A DNA stretch of 64,000 nt from Lytechinus pictus (Eukaryota), in contig NC_087251.1 of NCBI RefSeq assembly GCF_037042905.1, positions 1,674,001 through 1,738,000 on the forward strand, in the 5' to 3' direction. The notes under the pieces were generated by a model that was given only the letters and a program-made list of their open reading frames with translations, made no database searches and was not told where the DNA came from. The position numbers were made by a program, and so were the translations under genes. Positions 12,781 to 25,439 of the stretch are shown here, piece after piece (within the stretch, counting starts at the first letter, position 1; every line of letters starts with the position of its first letter).

Positions 12781-15139
12781 TTGAAATTGAGCTTGCGCCC
12801 TCTAACGGCTAAGTACTTACACTCTAATTACTGAGCTAAGACCATAGAGATGTATACTAGTAACGCTAGAGGGCGTACTTCGTCAAATCGCTGTGATTAC
12901 GTGGAGACCGTCCGCCATTGCTCGATAGGTATTCGCAGCCTGCCATGCGCGTACAGTACCTATGGGGCATGTACACGGATGAGCACAGAACATGACAAAT
13001 TGATGACATATGAGCACGAAAGCATATGGAAAAGCAACATTGTAAATATTGCACTGGATTAAAGTTCAAATACAACAAAAATCTAGCAAAACTGAGGTCA
13101 AAAGGCCTATATAGGCCTATCTATAGCGCATAATATAGGCCGATACAGCTATAATACAGGCAAACGATTTAAAGTCCCAATTGTTTTTGCTTAGGTACAA
13201 TTTCGATACATTAATATGACTTCTATTTTCTAATGATTTGGAAGAGATGAATATCAAAAATAACATTTAGGCCTAGGTCCTGATAAATAAATTTAATGTG
13301 TTTTAATATGATTTGATGTACATTAACCTAAGAAAATTCATAGGCCATATCACAGTGTCTGATGCATCTGAGACGCTGTATCGAAAAAAAAAAACACGAT
13401 TGTATTTTTATAGTTCATAGTTTCCTAATTACTATTATGCTGATTGCTGATAATTTATTTCTTCACTTTAGATAATTGTTATAATTCATTTTCCATATAT
13501 ATCTACACAATAGGGCCTATAATAACTCGATCCCTTTTCCCCATGTCTTACACGCTGATGTAAACCAACATCACAAAAACTCGCGAATCATAAAATGACT
13601 TTTTATTGATATTTGGAAATGATTTACGCATTGATTCAGTTAAAAATTGATGATTTAGATTTCCTTTGCTGGCAACCATCCCATCATATTTATAAATATG
13701 TATATAAAAGTATACTTTCTTACTTGCGATCAATGTATAGAAAAGTTTGTTGACAGCAAAATTTGCATATCAAATGCGCGCATGCAGTCGTACACTTTTG
13801 CAATGTACAGGAGGCCTAATGGGGGGTTGGATGTTTATGTACAGTGTTATTGCCTTGCAAACATTTTAAAACTTCGGAGAGTAAACAAATCACAATGCGC
13901 AAAACAATTTTACTTTGATTTTCTGGAAAGTATAGACTTGATTCTCCCCGGCTGAAAATATGCTGATCGGCAAACTGGCTGAAATATTTTGTTTATCGCC
14001 GTTGTTTCTGATCCTATAATGATTGGACCAATATCATGTGAACAAATCAAGGATAGAATAATAAGGAGAGGAAGAAGGGGGGGCGGGATTATGATATATA
14101 ATTTGTATTATACTATAAAGAATATTATTACTACTGCAAGAGTGTATAAAACTAATATCATGAAAGACATCAATGCAAACTTATCATAATTATGAAAACG
14201 GTTGCAAAATTGTGAGTACTAAAACCAAACATAATTATGAAACAATAATATTGCAAAAGTGACAATACTTGGAATAAGATATTAAAAATCCTAATTTAAT
14301 CTCAAATTTGATACCTGCCTTGAAATTGTGTTAATTAACTGTGTCTGTGTCGCTTGAATAAATGAACTTTATGGCAAATATTTGTAAGCACTGGCACCGG
14401 CCTAACATATAAACAGATAAACACGCGTTTTGAATATCCAGTTTTGTTTTTCATTTTAAAAGTATAACTGAATTTGATTTTCTAGTTTTCTTCCTTTAAT
14501 GTCATTTGCTGGCCTATGGACCTGAGTTTGATTATTCGATCAGTTTTTTTTAAATAAGATTTCCATGGATGAACAAAATTATTATATTATGTTACGGCGT
14601 CGCGGAATGATTTTGAAAGTGATGGGGTGCATAAAATCACAATCATTTATTATGTGTAATGTTCATTTTCATTTCAGGGAGGGGTCCGGTCGCGCCCCCT
14701 GTATTTTATTTTGATCAGTATGTTAAAGCGAATTTGCTTAGGTGTGTTTGTTATTTTAATTGCACACACGGCCCCTAAAAAGCGAATTAAAAAAAATCTA
14801 ACTTAAAGTGAAGGGAATTAAAACTGTCATTTTTGAAAAGTTTGAACAAATTAGGCTATATTCTCGACATTTTAAATCAATATTTTATTTTCGGGCCATA
14901 TAGGCCTGCAGATTTTGGGGAATTTATTATGTTCCTATAAGAACAAAATCAGCACGTTCACCAAATAACACAAATTTCAACATTGATGGTGTAACGGGAG
15001 GCTCACCAAGAACAATAATGAGATGCCCTTTAATAGCGCATGTAGATCAAAACACTAACTTATACAGAATTATTGTACAACTTAATATATATATTTGTGT
15101 GAAAAGCTTTGCATTAGTTCAGTAATTATATTTGCATCC

Positions 15140-15448
15140 GTATGATTTCTTTTGTTCTCTTTTTCTTTCCTGTAATACATATAATTATGTACGCGTATCA
15201 GAATAAGTCTACTATACTTTTTTCATTTCCAAGGGGGATCCACACTTTACAAGCTTTGCTTTTTAGTGGATCCCCCTCATTTCCATTTATGCTCTATATT
15301 ATACTGTTTTTTCTGTTTTTTTTTTTTTTACGAAGTAAGAATGCCCTTCTGTAAAATTGTACTTGATTTGTATTACTTTATATTACCTTGTATTATGTTT
15401 TTTGAATGGAAATGAAATAAAAGAATTGAATTGAATTGAAAATTGAAT
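15140..15448 (+). mobile_element. LINE 3' UTR fragment (L2/Crack-like)
   Basis: Stem-loop GGGGATCCAC...GTGGATCCCC, then AATAAA and an (ATTGA)n tail. The left boundary is approximate. Confidence 0.55.
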
Positions 15449-15903
15449 ATAAAAATGATAGGCCTATATTTCATACAAATTAAAGCAAGTTACATATCAT
15501 GTAGGCCTATATAGAAATTACAAAATTATATCCAACATAAACATAGAATCAAAGGACGTAAATGTGGGAAGGATGGAAGGAGGACGATGCAGTTAAAGGT
15601 AGGGAAATCCAAAGAAGGGCTAATTCACTGCAGTCTTTTGAATTAATTATTTTTATATGATTGTTTATATGATAGCAGTGGCGTACCTAGGATTTTCCAC
15701 AGGGGGGGCAAAATCGGTCGCCAAAAAATTTGACAAGCAAAAAAAAAAAAAAAAAAAAAAAAAAAGGTTTTCAATTAGGTCCTCAAGGTCCTCAAGAAAC
15801 TCGTCAGGGGGGGCAGGTATATGTCTTTTGTATGGGTTGTGACTCGTCAGGGGGGGGGGGGGGGCAGAGTGCCCCCCCTGCCCCCCCCCCCCCCCGTAGG
15901 TAC

Positions 15904-17757
15904 CCCAGGACCAAAATCCAATTGAAACCAGTTGGATTTCCAACTGGTTTCAATTGGTTTCAATTGGTTTCAACTGGTTTCAATTGGTTTTAACTGGAAT
16001 TTAACAATTTCCAGTTGAAACCAATTGAAACCAGTTGGGCAACTGGAAATCCTAACTGGAACCAGTTGGGTAACTGGAAATGACTTCCAATTGGGAATGA
16101 TTTCTAACTGGAACCAGTTGAGTAACTGGAAATCCCAACTGGAACCAGTTGGGCAACTGGAAATCCTAACTGGAACCAGTTGGGTAACTGGAAATGACTT
16201 CCAATTGGAAATGATTTCTTACTGGAACTAGTAATTGAGTAACTGGAAATCCCAACTGGAACCAGTTGGGCAACTGGAAATCCTAACTGGAACCAGTTGG
16301 GTAACTGGAAATGACTTCCAATTGGAAATGATTTCTAACTGGAACCAGTTGGGCAACTGGAAATCCTAACTGGAACCAGTTGGGTAACTGGAAATGACTT
16401 CCAACTGGAAATGATTTCTAACTGGAACCAGTTGAGTAACTGGAAATCCCAACTGGAACCAGTTGGGCAACTGGAAATCCTAACTGGAACCAGTTGGGTA
16501 ACTGGAAATGACTTCCAATTGGAAATGATTTCTTACTGGAACCAGTTGAGTAACTGGAAATCCCAACTGGAACCAGTTGGGCAACTGGAAATCCTAACTG
16601 GAACCAGTTGGGTAACTGGAAATGACTTCCAATTGGAAATGATTTCTAACTGGAACCAGTTGAGTAACTGGAAATCCCAACTGGAACCAGTTGAGCAACT
16701 GGAAATCCTAACTGGAACCAGTTGGGTAACTGGAAATGACTTCCAACTGGAAATGATTTCTAACTGGAACCAGTTGGGTAACTGGAAATCCTAACTTGAA
16801 CCATTCAGTTGTGTAACTGGAAATCCTAACTGGTACCAATTGGGTAACTGAGATGACTTCTAACTGGAAAGATGGGTAACTGGAAATGAATTCTAATTGG
16901 AACCAGTTGGGTAACTGGAAATTATTTCCAATTGGTTTCCAATTGGAAATTTTCCAGTTACCCAACTGGATCCAATTGAAACCAGTTAATTTGCATATTA
17001 TTTGCCAGTGTGCACAGATTAATGTTTTATGAGATTAATCATCATTAACAATGTATCTATTTAATTCTTTACAATTTCAAGTACCACACTTTTTAAAGAT
17101 TAGTATTTAGAATACTTAGCAGTGAAAACCATGTTCATAAATGTTATAGATTATAATTAAAACAGATTAAAGGATAATTAGTACACCACTAACTGTTACC
17201 AAATTACATCAAATAAAAGTACATATATTTGAAGATCTTCCATATAAATATATATACATGAAAGTCTGTATTTTATCAATGCCCTTTACATTGGTATTAA
17301 TAGACATATAACACTGCTTCTGTGTTGGCATGATAAATAATTACTGCAAATGCTAATTAATTTGTAACTAATTAAGTTCGTTCCAACTGGAAGTTCCAAT
17401 TGGATCCAGTTGGAAACCAATTGGTTTCAACTGGTTCCAGTTGAAACCAGTTGCCTCCAATTGGTTTCAACTGGAACCAATTGAAACCAGTTGCCTCCAA
17501 TTGGATTCAATTGGTTTTAATAGGGAAATTGGAACAACTGGAACCAATTGACAACAATTGCCAACTGGTTCCAGTTGCCCAATTGGTTTTAACTGGAACC
17601 AATTGGCAACTGGTTTTCAATTGGTTTTTAACTGGAACCAATTGGCAACTGGTTTTCAATTGGAACCAGTTGTTCCAATTTCCCTATTGAAAACAGTTGG
17701 CCAACTGGTTTCAATTGGTTTTGCCCTAATTGGTTTTAACTGGATTTTGGTCCTGGG
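15904..17757. mobile_element. CMC-EnSpm-like non-autonomous transposon with subterminal repeat arrays
   Basis: TIR CCCAGGACCAAAATCCA / TGGATTTTGGTCCTGGG with 2-bp TSD AC. Dense AACTGG/CCAGTT/CCAATTGG motifs lie at about 15920-16985 and 17380-17745 around an AT-rich core. Confidence 0.8.
16030..16800. repeat. 114-bp higher-order tandem repeat (31+52+31-bp subunits) inside the EnSpm-like element
   Basis: Each subunit begins AACTGGAACCAGTTG. The 38-aa period in ORF 16411-16794 corresponds to 114 bp. Confidence 0.85.
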
Positions 17758-18669
17758 ACGCTAGTGTATGATAGTATATCAACATTGTTATCTATTACAG
17801 GCCTATAAACGGACAGGTAAATGCAAATTATTTAGAATTTCATCCCGAGAAATCAGGTTTTTAAAATGCCAAATTATTAGTATAATCCCCATGTAATCAC
17901 TCTAATAGTGTATTGAGATGCAATTTGTCATTCATATTTTCGATTTTTATGAGGTTGTGTTCTTTTATTCAAGATAAAGGCCGGAGACGGCACCCCTTTT
18001 CACAGCGTTACAACGCACGAGCTATGGGTACATCCGGGTACTTTTGCGAATCTATACCTATCGAGCAATGGCCGCCACGCTCCACACAATCACAGACGTT
18101 AAGTACGCGCGCCTATGGCGACTCCGCACTCTAGCGTAGTTAGTATACATCTCTATGGCTAAGACTGAGTCTGAGATCGAGACTGAGTGGTAAATTTTGC
18201 TGCTGAAATTTCCCCCCGCATCATCTCGGTAAGCATACTGAAATTTATCGTATCATTCTTAATAATGATATAAATAGAAGAATTGTTTATTACAGTTGGA
18301 GATGATGAGTGATGATGAAATTATGTCAGAAATTTGCGGTTACTCGCACTCTTCTCTACTGACTACTCTAACGTTAGGTTCTTTTCTAGATTTTGCGAGG
18401 AATGTAATTGTAAACAAACCTTGCACGCGCTCACGTCACGATTTGGCTAATGTGCGATTTGGATACGTTCATCACGAAAATGTGAATTTAACGATTTATT
18501 CGCGTGCATTAGAAATAACGCGCATTGAAAATACCAATTGATAATATGAAGAGCCCCCCCCCCCCCCCCCATTTCTGTGTTCGCGCTTCGCTACAAATTC
18601 AACTAAAGTCTGAAGATTAAGCATGAATTTATTTTAAAAATTAAAATTTCAACAAAAAATATCAGTTGA

Positions 18670-18870
18670 GGGAGGCGCGATAGCTCAGTCGGTAGAGCGG
18701 GGGTTTCGGATTCCGGTGACCCGGGTTCGATTCCCAAGTGGTGCGCTAGTGCCCTTTGGTAAGGCATTTATCCTCATTACCAGGTCCCTCGGAGAGGACC
18801 TTAAGCCGTTGGTCCCCTGGTTGCTTGCTCACAGGCATTCGTGCTTTCTTAGCAGTCAGGTAAAACAACC
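18670..18870 (+). mobile_element. tRNA-derived SINE
   Basis: Pol III A box TAGCTCAGTCGG (18681) and B box GGTTCGATTCC (18724) are followed by a non-tRNA body (GTGCCCTTTGGTAAGGCATTTATCCTC...CTCGGAGAGGACCTTAAGCCGTTGGTCCC). Confidence 0.85.
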
Positions 18871-18949
18871 TCGGTATAACAGTTGATATTTTAGCTTAAT
18901 AATCATAATGAGTTTGTTGGTGTGCCAGGGCCCAGGCCCCAGCCCAGAC

Positions 18950-21310
18950 CCACTCATTCAATGAACAAGGTTATGATATAACCTTGGGCCTGTTGCATGA
19001 CGAGATGAGCGATACGTAGGAACGTCATAGGACCATTCTTCCGAGATAGGAAGATTGGCGACAAATCAGCGCTTTCCGTTTCACGAAGGCAATTTTGTCT
19101 TTCAAGTCCGCGACATCGTTTGATATCGATAGTATCGGAAAAATATTTAGTCTTCATCGTCACCTGAACCTTTTATTTTATTTGACGACTTTTCATAAAA
19201 TCATATATTTCAATAAAAGGGGATCAAATAATGTTTTATTTATTACCGATTGTAGAATTGATGTATGGAGCGTACTTTATGAGGTAAAAACAGAAAAAAC
19301 TTTCAAGATTCACAAACATAGGCCTAACTGGATAAAATCGAAATTTTCATTATTTTCTTTATTTAGAACACGGTGTCCTTTTAGAGACACCTTTCATTGA
19401 TATTTCAACGAAATAGACCCTTGTCCGACATAAAAATTGATTTAACTAAGTAATTTCGACATTTTATTAGTTCAATATACTGATTTTTTATTGAATACAT
19501 ATACTGTATATAATGATGATTTTGCAAATTATGCGTTAATAAGTTATCTGTTGAGGTAAAAATAGGGTTTGAATGGAGTAAACAAAATCAACAGTGTCTG
19601 ATTGTATGAGACTAAAATGGAAAATATGAGAGGCTGCCTGTGAAAAATTTAATTTATTTATTTTATTTGTCAGATATAACGCAAGAAATACAAATATGAG
19701 TGTTTAGGGTATAAACATACCAGTTGCATGATGAGTAACAGAAGACAAGGAAAATATGCAAACATGTCCAAGTGGATAAAGTAGTGCTTTGCAATAACAA
19801 TTAAAACATAGAAAAAGGTGTGCAATCCGCAATGGAAAAAATACTATTTACAGAAATAATGCTAAATATTACAATGATCATAAACGTTGGTCATCTCTAA
19901 AGTCAATGACTTAATTTATGGAAGCTTATATAAGAATATAAGGTTTAAGAATATAAAAAATATATATGTTCAACATTTCAAAGTTGAGGAGTATAGATAC
20001 TACATTATTGCTTTAACATTACATAGGGGCCGAAAAGGGCCTACCCTACGATTTAAATGCGCCTCTTCGTATGGACTTTCCATAATCTTTTCTTTAATGA
20101 ACTAGCTTATCTTCATTTGTAATAATTGTGATGGATTCGTAAGCTATAGGCCTAATCTGTATCTTAAATTCAATGAGCTATTTTGTTACTGCAGATTTTT
20201 TGTTTTGTTTCACTGTTTCACATCTCCAGTTAGCCCAAATCCGACAATTATTTTTTATTGATTAAAATTAATCTCGGCAAAAAAAATAATTATAATGAAA
20301 ATGAAATAAAAATAAATGAATGATTTACCATGTTTAACATTTTAGTTTTGTATCGTGTTTTTTTTTGCTGAACGTTATAAACACGTTTTTACCTTACATA
20401 ATTTATTTTAAAGAAATTTGTTTTCATGTTGTTTAATTATCTATAATGAGAAAGCATGAGGGTCAGAGAGATAGTGCCACCCATTTCGATATTTCAAAAA
20501 AAAAATAATGGAAATGGTGTGGGGATAGGACGGAGAATAAAAGAAAAAATATTTATAAAAATATTTGGGCCTACATTACCCCCGGACATAATGCCCGGAG
20601 AAGTTAAAATGACATTTGTTTTTGGTCGTCTTGCCGTGCAAACAGACGACCTAAAATTGATGACAACTAGCCCCCATATAAAAAATAACTTAGGCCAAAA
20701 ATGTTTAAAGGTGATATGTCAGTGTGGCTTGCCGTAAACGCATTTTCTCTCAATGCCGAAGGTGGCGGGCGGTGTGCAAAGAAGATCATGCCTACGTAGG
20801 ACATGTCTGGAGGTGTCTTTCCAAGGACCATTCTTCGTATCGCCCAAATCGGCTTTGTGAAACAGTTGAGCGATATCTCGTTCTTACGTAGAATGGTTCT
20901 ACGAAAGACCCTTTCATGCAACAGGCCCCTTGTTCTCTGTTATATCTCCATGTGTGGCAAAATAAGGGTAGCAATGTTTGGCTTATTTTCTCTTTTTCTT
21001 TGGGACAAATGCTTGATTTTTTTACACCGACAGTTTCAATTACACCTTTTCATCATACAACTTGGCTCTTAAGTAAATTTGATTCTTTAAATTATTTTTT
21101 TCTTAATTAAAAATAGAGATTGAAAAATGAAAATTTTCTTGCCATATTACTTTCCACCAATAGAGGGCGTACACAAAAATATGCCAAAAATTCAAGTTTT
21201 TGAGCGCTCTAGTGAATACAAAAATTATTCCCAAGTTACTAATGAAAAATAAATTGCAACTGTATGGAAATTAGTAATTTTGGTCACAAAAGTGATATTT
21301 TAATGATTTT
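18950..21310 (+). repeat. Dispersed repeat, interrupted by the Harbinger-like element; second copy at ~23070-23520
   Basis: Shares AGGTTATGATATAACCTTG, AATGTTTGGCTTATTTTCTCTT, ACTTTCCACCAATAGAGGGC and GTCACAAAAGTGATATTTT with 23070-23520. Confidence 0.65.
18986..20928. mobile_element. PIF/Harbinger-like non-autonomous transposon
   Basis: 15-bp TIR GGGCCTGTTGCATGA / TCATGCAACAGGCCC with 3-bp TSD CTT. The empty site ATAACCTTGT is seen in the paralogous repeat at ~23090. Confidence 0.8.
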
Positions 21311-21420
21311 TTAAAGTGTGTGCTCTGACACAGCATTGGCATGCCATAGTCCTACCTGTAGATTCCCCACAGGCAGGATGGTTGAAGTGAACAAGTGCCC
21401 AGACCCAGGCCTTATCAGGA

Positions 21421-21846
21421 CAGTAGAGGCGCACGGCCAATATGGGAGACTCTCCAATAGGGGAAACAATCTCCCACATTGGAGACTTGCAACAACACCA
21501 ACAAAAGCATGATTTTTTCCACCCAAAATTTTGTCTCACTGAGGTCTGAAGCCCATTTGTTTTGTGTGTGATTGACAACAAAAATCCTTATCAAAACAAA
21601 AGTAGATGGTGAATTTTTAAAGTAGACGGTGAAAAGGGGTAATTTTTCATGAGGAATCTGCTTATCACATTTTTATTTGCCGCCAAGTTAATCCTTTTGC
21701 AGCAAATGTAAACAAAGGAAACTGGACTCCAAAACTGGAGACTGTCTCTGAAATTGGATACCCAAATTCTTTACAAAAGTCTCTGATATTGGAGATAATC
21801 TCCCACACTGGAGACAGTCTCCAATATTGGCCGTGTGCCTCTACTG
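21421..21846. mobile_element. 426-bp MITE
   Basis: TIR CAGTAGAGGCGCACGGCCAATAT / ATATTGGCCGTGTGCCTCTACTG with internal GGAGAC/TCTCC repeats. Flanks CTTATCAGGA / CTTATCGTGA may be a degenerate TSD. Confidence 0.75.
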
Positions 21847-22025
21847 CTTATCGTGAAATTTGTCGCCTCTCTCTTTCTTCATGCTCTTCCGAGGCCGAGT
21901 TGTGTGCACTCACATGTATTGCGAGGTTAGTTTTAGTAATAGTATACTAAGTTGTGTGTGCACTCGTGTATGACTTAGTCTTGAGGACTCCATGATGATG
22001 TCTTTAAAAAAAATTTTGACATATA

Positions 22026-23716
22026 CATACCTGCCAACCATTCCGATTTTGGCGGAATTATACCGATTTTTCGACCTCCATTCCGAATTCCGAATTTTAA
22101 AACCAAAATTCCGATTTTTGGGTTAATCAATATAGTGTTGAAATTATTGAAACGGCTGTATAATGCGACTAACACATGCACGGCTGTAAGATGCGACTAA
22201 CGCATAAACAACTGGAGCGCACGGCTACGCAAATGTGCTAGCTACACGATATACACAGAGAGCGACTTTAAACGGCGCGCGAACACTGCTAAGTGCGCAG
22301 TTCCATTGCAAATACATGTGAAAATTAACGAGCATACACACAACGGCAGCACTTAGGGCGCTACATTTTGAGGTGTTGTCATTAGCGTTGACTTCCGGAA
22401 AAAAATGGCGGCTGACATTGGCTAGCGAAAGAGCCAGTTTTTAGTGAGGACATGTTTTCACAATCCACGAACATCAGAAAAACCGTGAAAAACTAACCTT
22501 TTTAGACCCCTTGTTTCCTAACTACTATGTTAAGAATCACCGATGGTGATATTTTTGACGCGAAACATGGTGATTTAGGTAAGAAAATTTCACTTTTTAT
22601 TTGAGGTTTTTGCCCATGTCGCCGGATGATTTTGTAGTGTGGGAGTGAGTTAGTGATGTAGCGTACATATCTAGAGTGTGTTGGTGATTACAGTGGTATA
22701 TCACTGAGTCTGCTGATGATATGAACGGCAGGTCGTTGAACACTGGCCCCCGCCCGGCCGCGTACCGGCGCAATTAAGTTAGATCTATCCCTACGCAATT
22801 GTAACATAATTGTCAATTTTTTGAGGAAGAAAGTTGATCAACTTTCGATCTCGGGTTGAGCCTTCGGAGCCGAACGCCAAATCTACTTTACTTGCTTCGC
22901 TTGCCTAAACTCCCGGCGCCCGCCCAGTGGCTGTGCCTCAGCCTCTCCGTCTTACCGGCGCACCGCAAGTGCAGTGGTGGGTGCGGGTCGGGTGCATGCA
23001 GCCGTTAGTTTCGGCTCCGTTTTTGTCATGGTTGAAAATCTGCTTTCTTCTAGTTCTACCAACAAGCACTTATCCAATGTAGGTTATGATATAACCTTGT
23101 CCTCAGTCAGTAACCCCTGTGTGGTGAAATAACATGAATAAGATAATGTCAATGTTTGGCTTATTTTCTCTTGATGCATGATTGATAGGCTGGATAATAA
23201 ATGTTTGATTTTTTGGCTTGTCACTGTTTATTACAGTAGGGATAACAAATATAAATTCATCATAAAATCTTGAAATTATTTTTTGTCTAATTAAAAATAG
23301 AATGTGTGGAGATGAAGATCTGCATCAATCTCACTTTCCACCAATAGAGGGCCTCACAAAAATATGCTCAAAATTAAAGTTTTTAGAGAGCTCTGATGAA
23401 CAAGAAAAATTATCCCTAAGTCTATATAGATTTGAATGAAAACATATCACACCTGAATGAAACTGGGTGGTTTTTGTCACAAAAGTGATATTTTAAAGAC
23501 CTTTTTTAAATGTTTAATTGATAAATAAAGGTAGACTCTACATTTAGGTCATCCTCTGGTGTGGTAATGAGGGTAAATTTGCTTAAGGGAAATGCTACTT
23601 TTACATGCTGAAAATGCCAAGAGGCCCCTTCCGTTGGAGCGGGCCGGACCGGACACCCGCTCGGCGCCCTCGGAACTTTGATACTGATTTTTTATTATCA
23701 AAGGTTGGCAGGTATG
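22026..23716. mobile_element. hAT-like non-autonomous element with 6-bp TSD and CpG-rich interior
   Basis: 14-bp TIR CATACCTGCCAACC / GGTTGGCAGGTATG with CATATA duplicated on both sides. Confidence 0.75.
22391..22412 (+). promoter_or_regulatory. ETS (ACTTCCGG) plus YY1-type (AAAATGGCGGC) promoter-like motif pair
   Basis: Adjacent consensus motifs in a CpG-rich stretch, followed by the splice donor AG|GTAAGA at 22578/22579. Confidence 0.4.
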
Positions 23717-23726
23717 CATATATGTA

Positions 23727-24192
23727 TGGTCAGTTCCCCCATGTCTGCGCGGTCTCCCAAGTCTGCGCACCCGCATATCTGCGCGATTCTAGTAAAAGAA
23801 GATGCGCAACGAGCACGAACTTTACACATGCAATACATAGACAGGTATTCATAAAAAAATCTGACTCAAAATGGTGGAAAAATAATGAATTCAGGGCATT
23901 TCATGTGACGGCCTCAAAATGCAGCCTTTGTCATCAAAATCCCCAAATCGTGTGCAAAGTGAATGAGTGCACAGACATGGGGTACCATTTTTTTTTTCAA
24001 TCTGAAAATGACTGCCCAAAGGTTTTTTCAAGAAAATCTTATATTTTCTTTCATTTTTAATGAGAAATTTGGTACACTACCTCTTAATAATTTAAGGAAC
24101 ACTATTAACCAAAAGATTTTGTGAAATAAGAAGAAATTCATGTTAAATCTTAACTCAAATTGGTAGGTGCGCAGACTTGGGGCCCACCATCA
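23727..24192. mobile_element. Tc1/pogo-like MITE
   Basis: TA on both sides, with inverted subterminal CCCAAGTCTGCGCACC / GGTGCGCAGACTTGGG. The termini are degenerate. Confidence 0.55.
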
Positions 24193-24618
24193 TACTTCTT
24201 CATCATTGGAGTCTTGTGATTTTTAATAAAAAAGATGGATTTCCGTTACGGAAATCCATCTGTGTTTACATGGCTCTCTTATTTATATATGGGAGGGGAT
24301 TCAAGACTCCAATGATGAAGAAGTATATATGTCAAATTGTTTTTTAAAGACATGGAGTCCTCAAGACTAGGATGATTAACGTTAGCCAGGAGGCTCCTAA
24401 GTAGAGAGTAAAAATCATTAACAAACGTGTGCTTACTCTCCATGGAGCCACTCATCCTTGAGAATCATAAAAAAGACTTGAGTTTATTTTGCTGTCTTTT
24501 TTTATTGCTTTTATTCCCCCCCCCCCAAAAAAAAAAAAATACAAACAAACATTACACAAACACACAACATAATTCATGACAGCCATTTTTCAATTTTGGT
24601 GAGCCATTAAAGATGCCA

Positions 24619-24937
24619 GGGGCCAATTGCATAAAAGGTCTTTGCAAGAACCGTCTTTCGTGTCGCCCATTTATAACGATGCGCCATGTAAAACGCATTT
24701 CAAATAAATTACCTGCAAACATATTTTATTCATTTGTTAAAGTAAACAAAATCTTTGTTTATAAGATGATGTGATATATCATGAAATTGTATACCAATTG
24801 ACTTAAATGCTAGGTAACAAATTTTATTTGTTTATCATACATTTCAGAAATATCCCACATATAGCGTGCAGCGCATCATAAAAGATGGGCGACACAAAAG
24901 ACTGTCCTTGGAAAGACCTTTTCGTGCAATCAGCCCC
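24619..24937. mobile_element. Harbinger-like MITE
   Basis: Imperfect ~65-bp TIRs: GGGGCCAATTGCATAAAAGGTCTTT...GTGTCGCCCAT / ATGGGCGACAC...AAAGACCTTTTCGTGCAATCAGCCCC. Confidence 0.7.
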
Positions 24938-25439
24938 AAAGAGATTTTTATAATCCATAAAAAGAGGATGAAATATCATAATTTGCATCAATTTTATATA
25001 TATTTTACTGGTCATGTCGGTCCAGTAAATCTGGCTATTTTTGAAAAGTTATTGACCTGACAGCAATTTTTACTGGCCTGGGACTATCAGACCTGTGCCA
25101 GTGTCGCGCGCTGGATATATTTAGCGGTCTGTCGACAGAGAATTTTCTTTTGGATAACAGCACAACTATATACAGTATATCTGGATCTGGATGTGTGCAG
25201 TACAGGACCGTTTTGATATAGCGTTCCGGGTGAACCAGGTGAGAGAGAGGGTTTATGAAGATTAGTAGAATCGGCGAAGATGGTCTTCAACAGCTGGTTT
25301 GAAGGTTGCGACTGCCTGAGAAGTTGCTATGATGGCTTGAAGATAGTTCCAGTCTACCGTTGTTTGTACAAAAAAAAAGAGTTCTTATATTGATCAGTAT
25401 TGAAATTCTTTACGGTACTGCAAAACAGTTGTGATGATT

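Larger units (their letters stand above)
15676..17766. mobile_element. hAT-like MITE interrupted by an EnSpm-like element
   Basis: Ends CAGTGGCGTACCTA / TAGGTAC[insertion]GCTAGTG. 8-bp TSD TATGATAG at 15668-15675 and 17767-17774. Confidence 0.8.
12843..18157. mobile_element. Non-autonomous P-element-like DNA transposon (5.3 kb) with nested insertions
   Basis: TIRs CATAGAGATGTATACTAGTAACGCTAGAG / CTCTAGCGTAGTTAGTATACATCTCTATG (29 bp, 3 mismatches). 8-bp TSD GCTAAGAC at 12835-12842 and 18158-18165. CAT...ATG ends with an 8-bp TSD fit the P superfamily. No transposase ORF. Confidence 0.8.
21976..24369. mobile_element. Foldback MITE with TAG...CTA ends (Academ-like), left arm split by two insertions
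   Basis: TAGTCTTGAGGACTCCATG..TCTTTAAAAAA..TTTGACATATA[insertions]CTTCTTCATCATTGGAGTCTTG mirrors CAAGACTCCAATGATGAAGAAG...CATGGAGTCCTCAAGACTA. No clear TSD. Confidence 0.7.

Noticed and set aside
16025..17764. Repetitive ORFs (QLEPVGQLEILTG...) or a CRISPR-like pattern
   Set aside because: These are by-products of the subterminal repeat array inside a TIR/TSD-bounded transposon.
18673..18746. tRNA gene
   Set aside because: A and B boxes are present but the anticodon arm is not canonical, there is no poly-T terminator, and the sequence continues into a SINE body.
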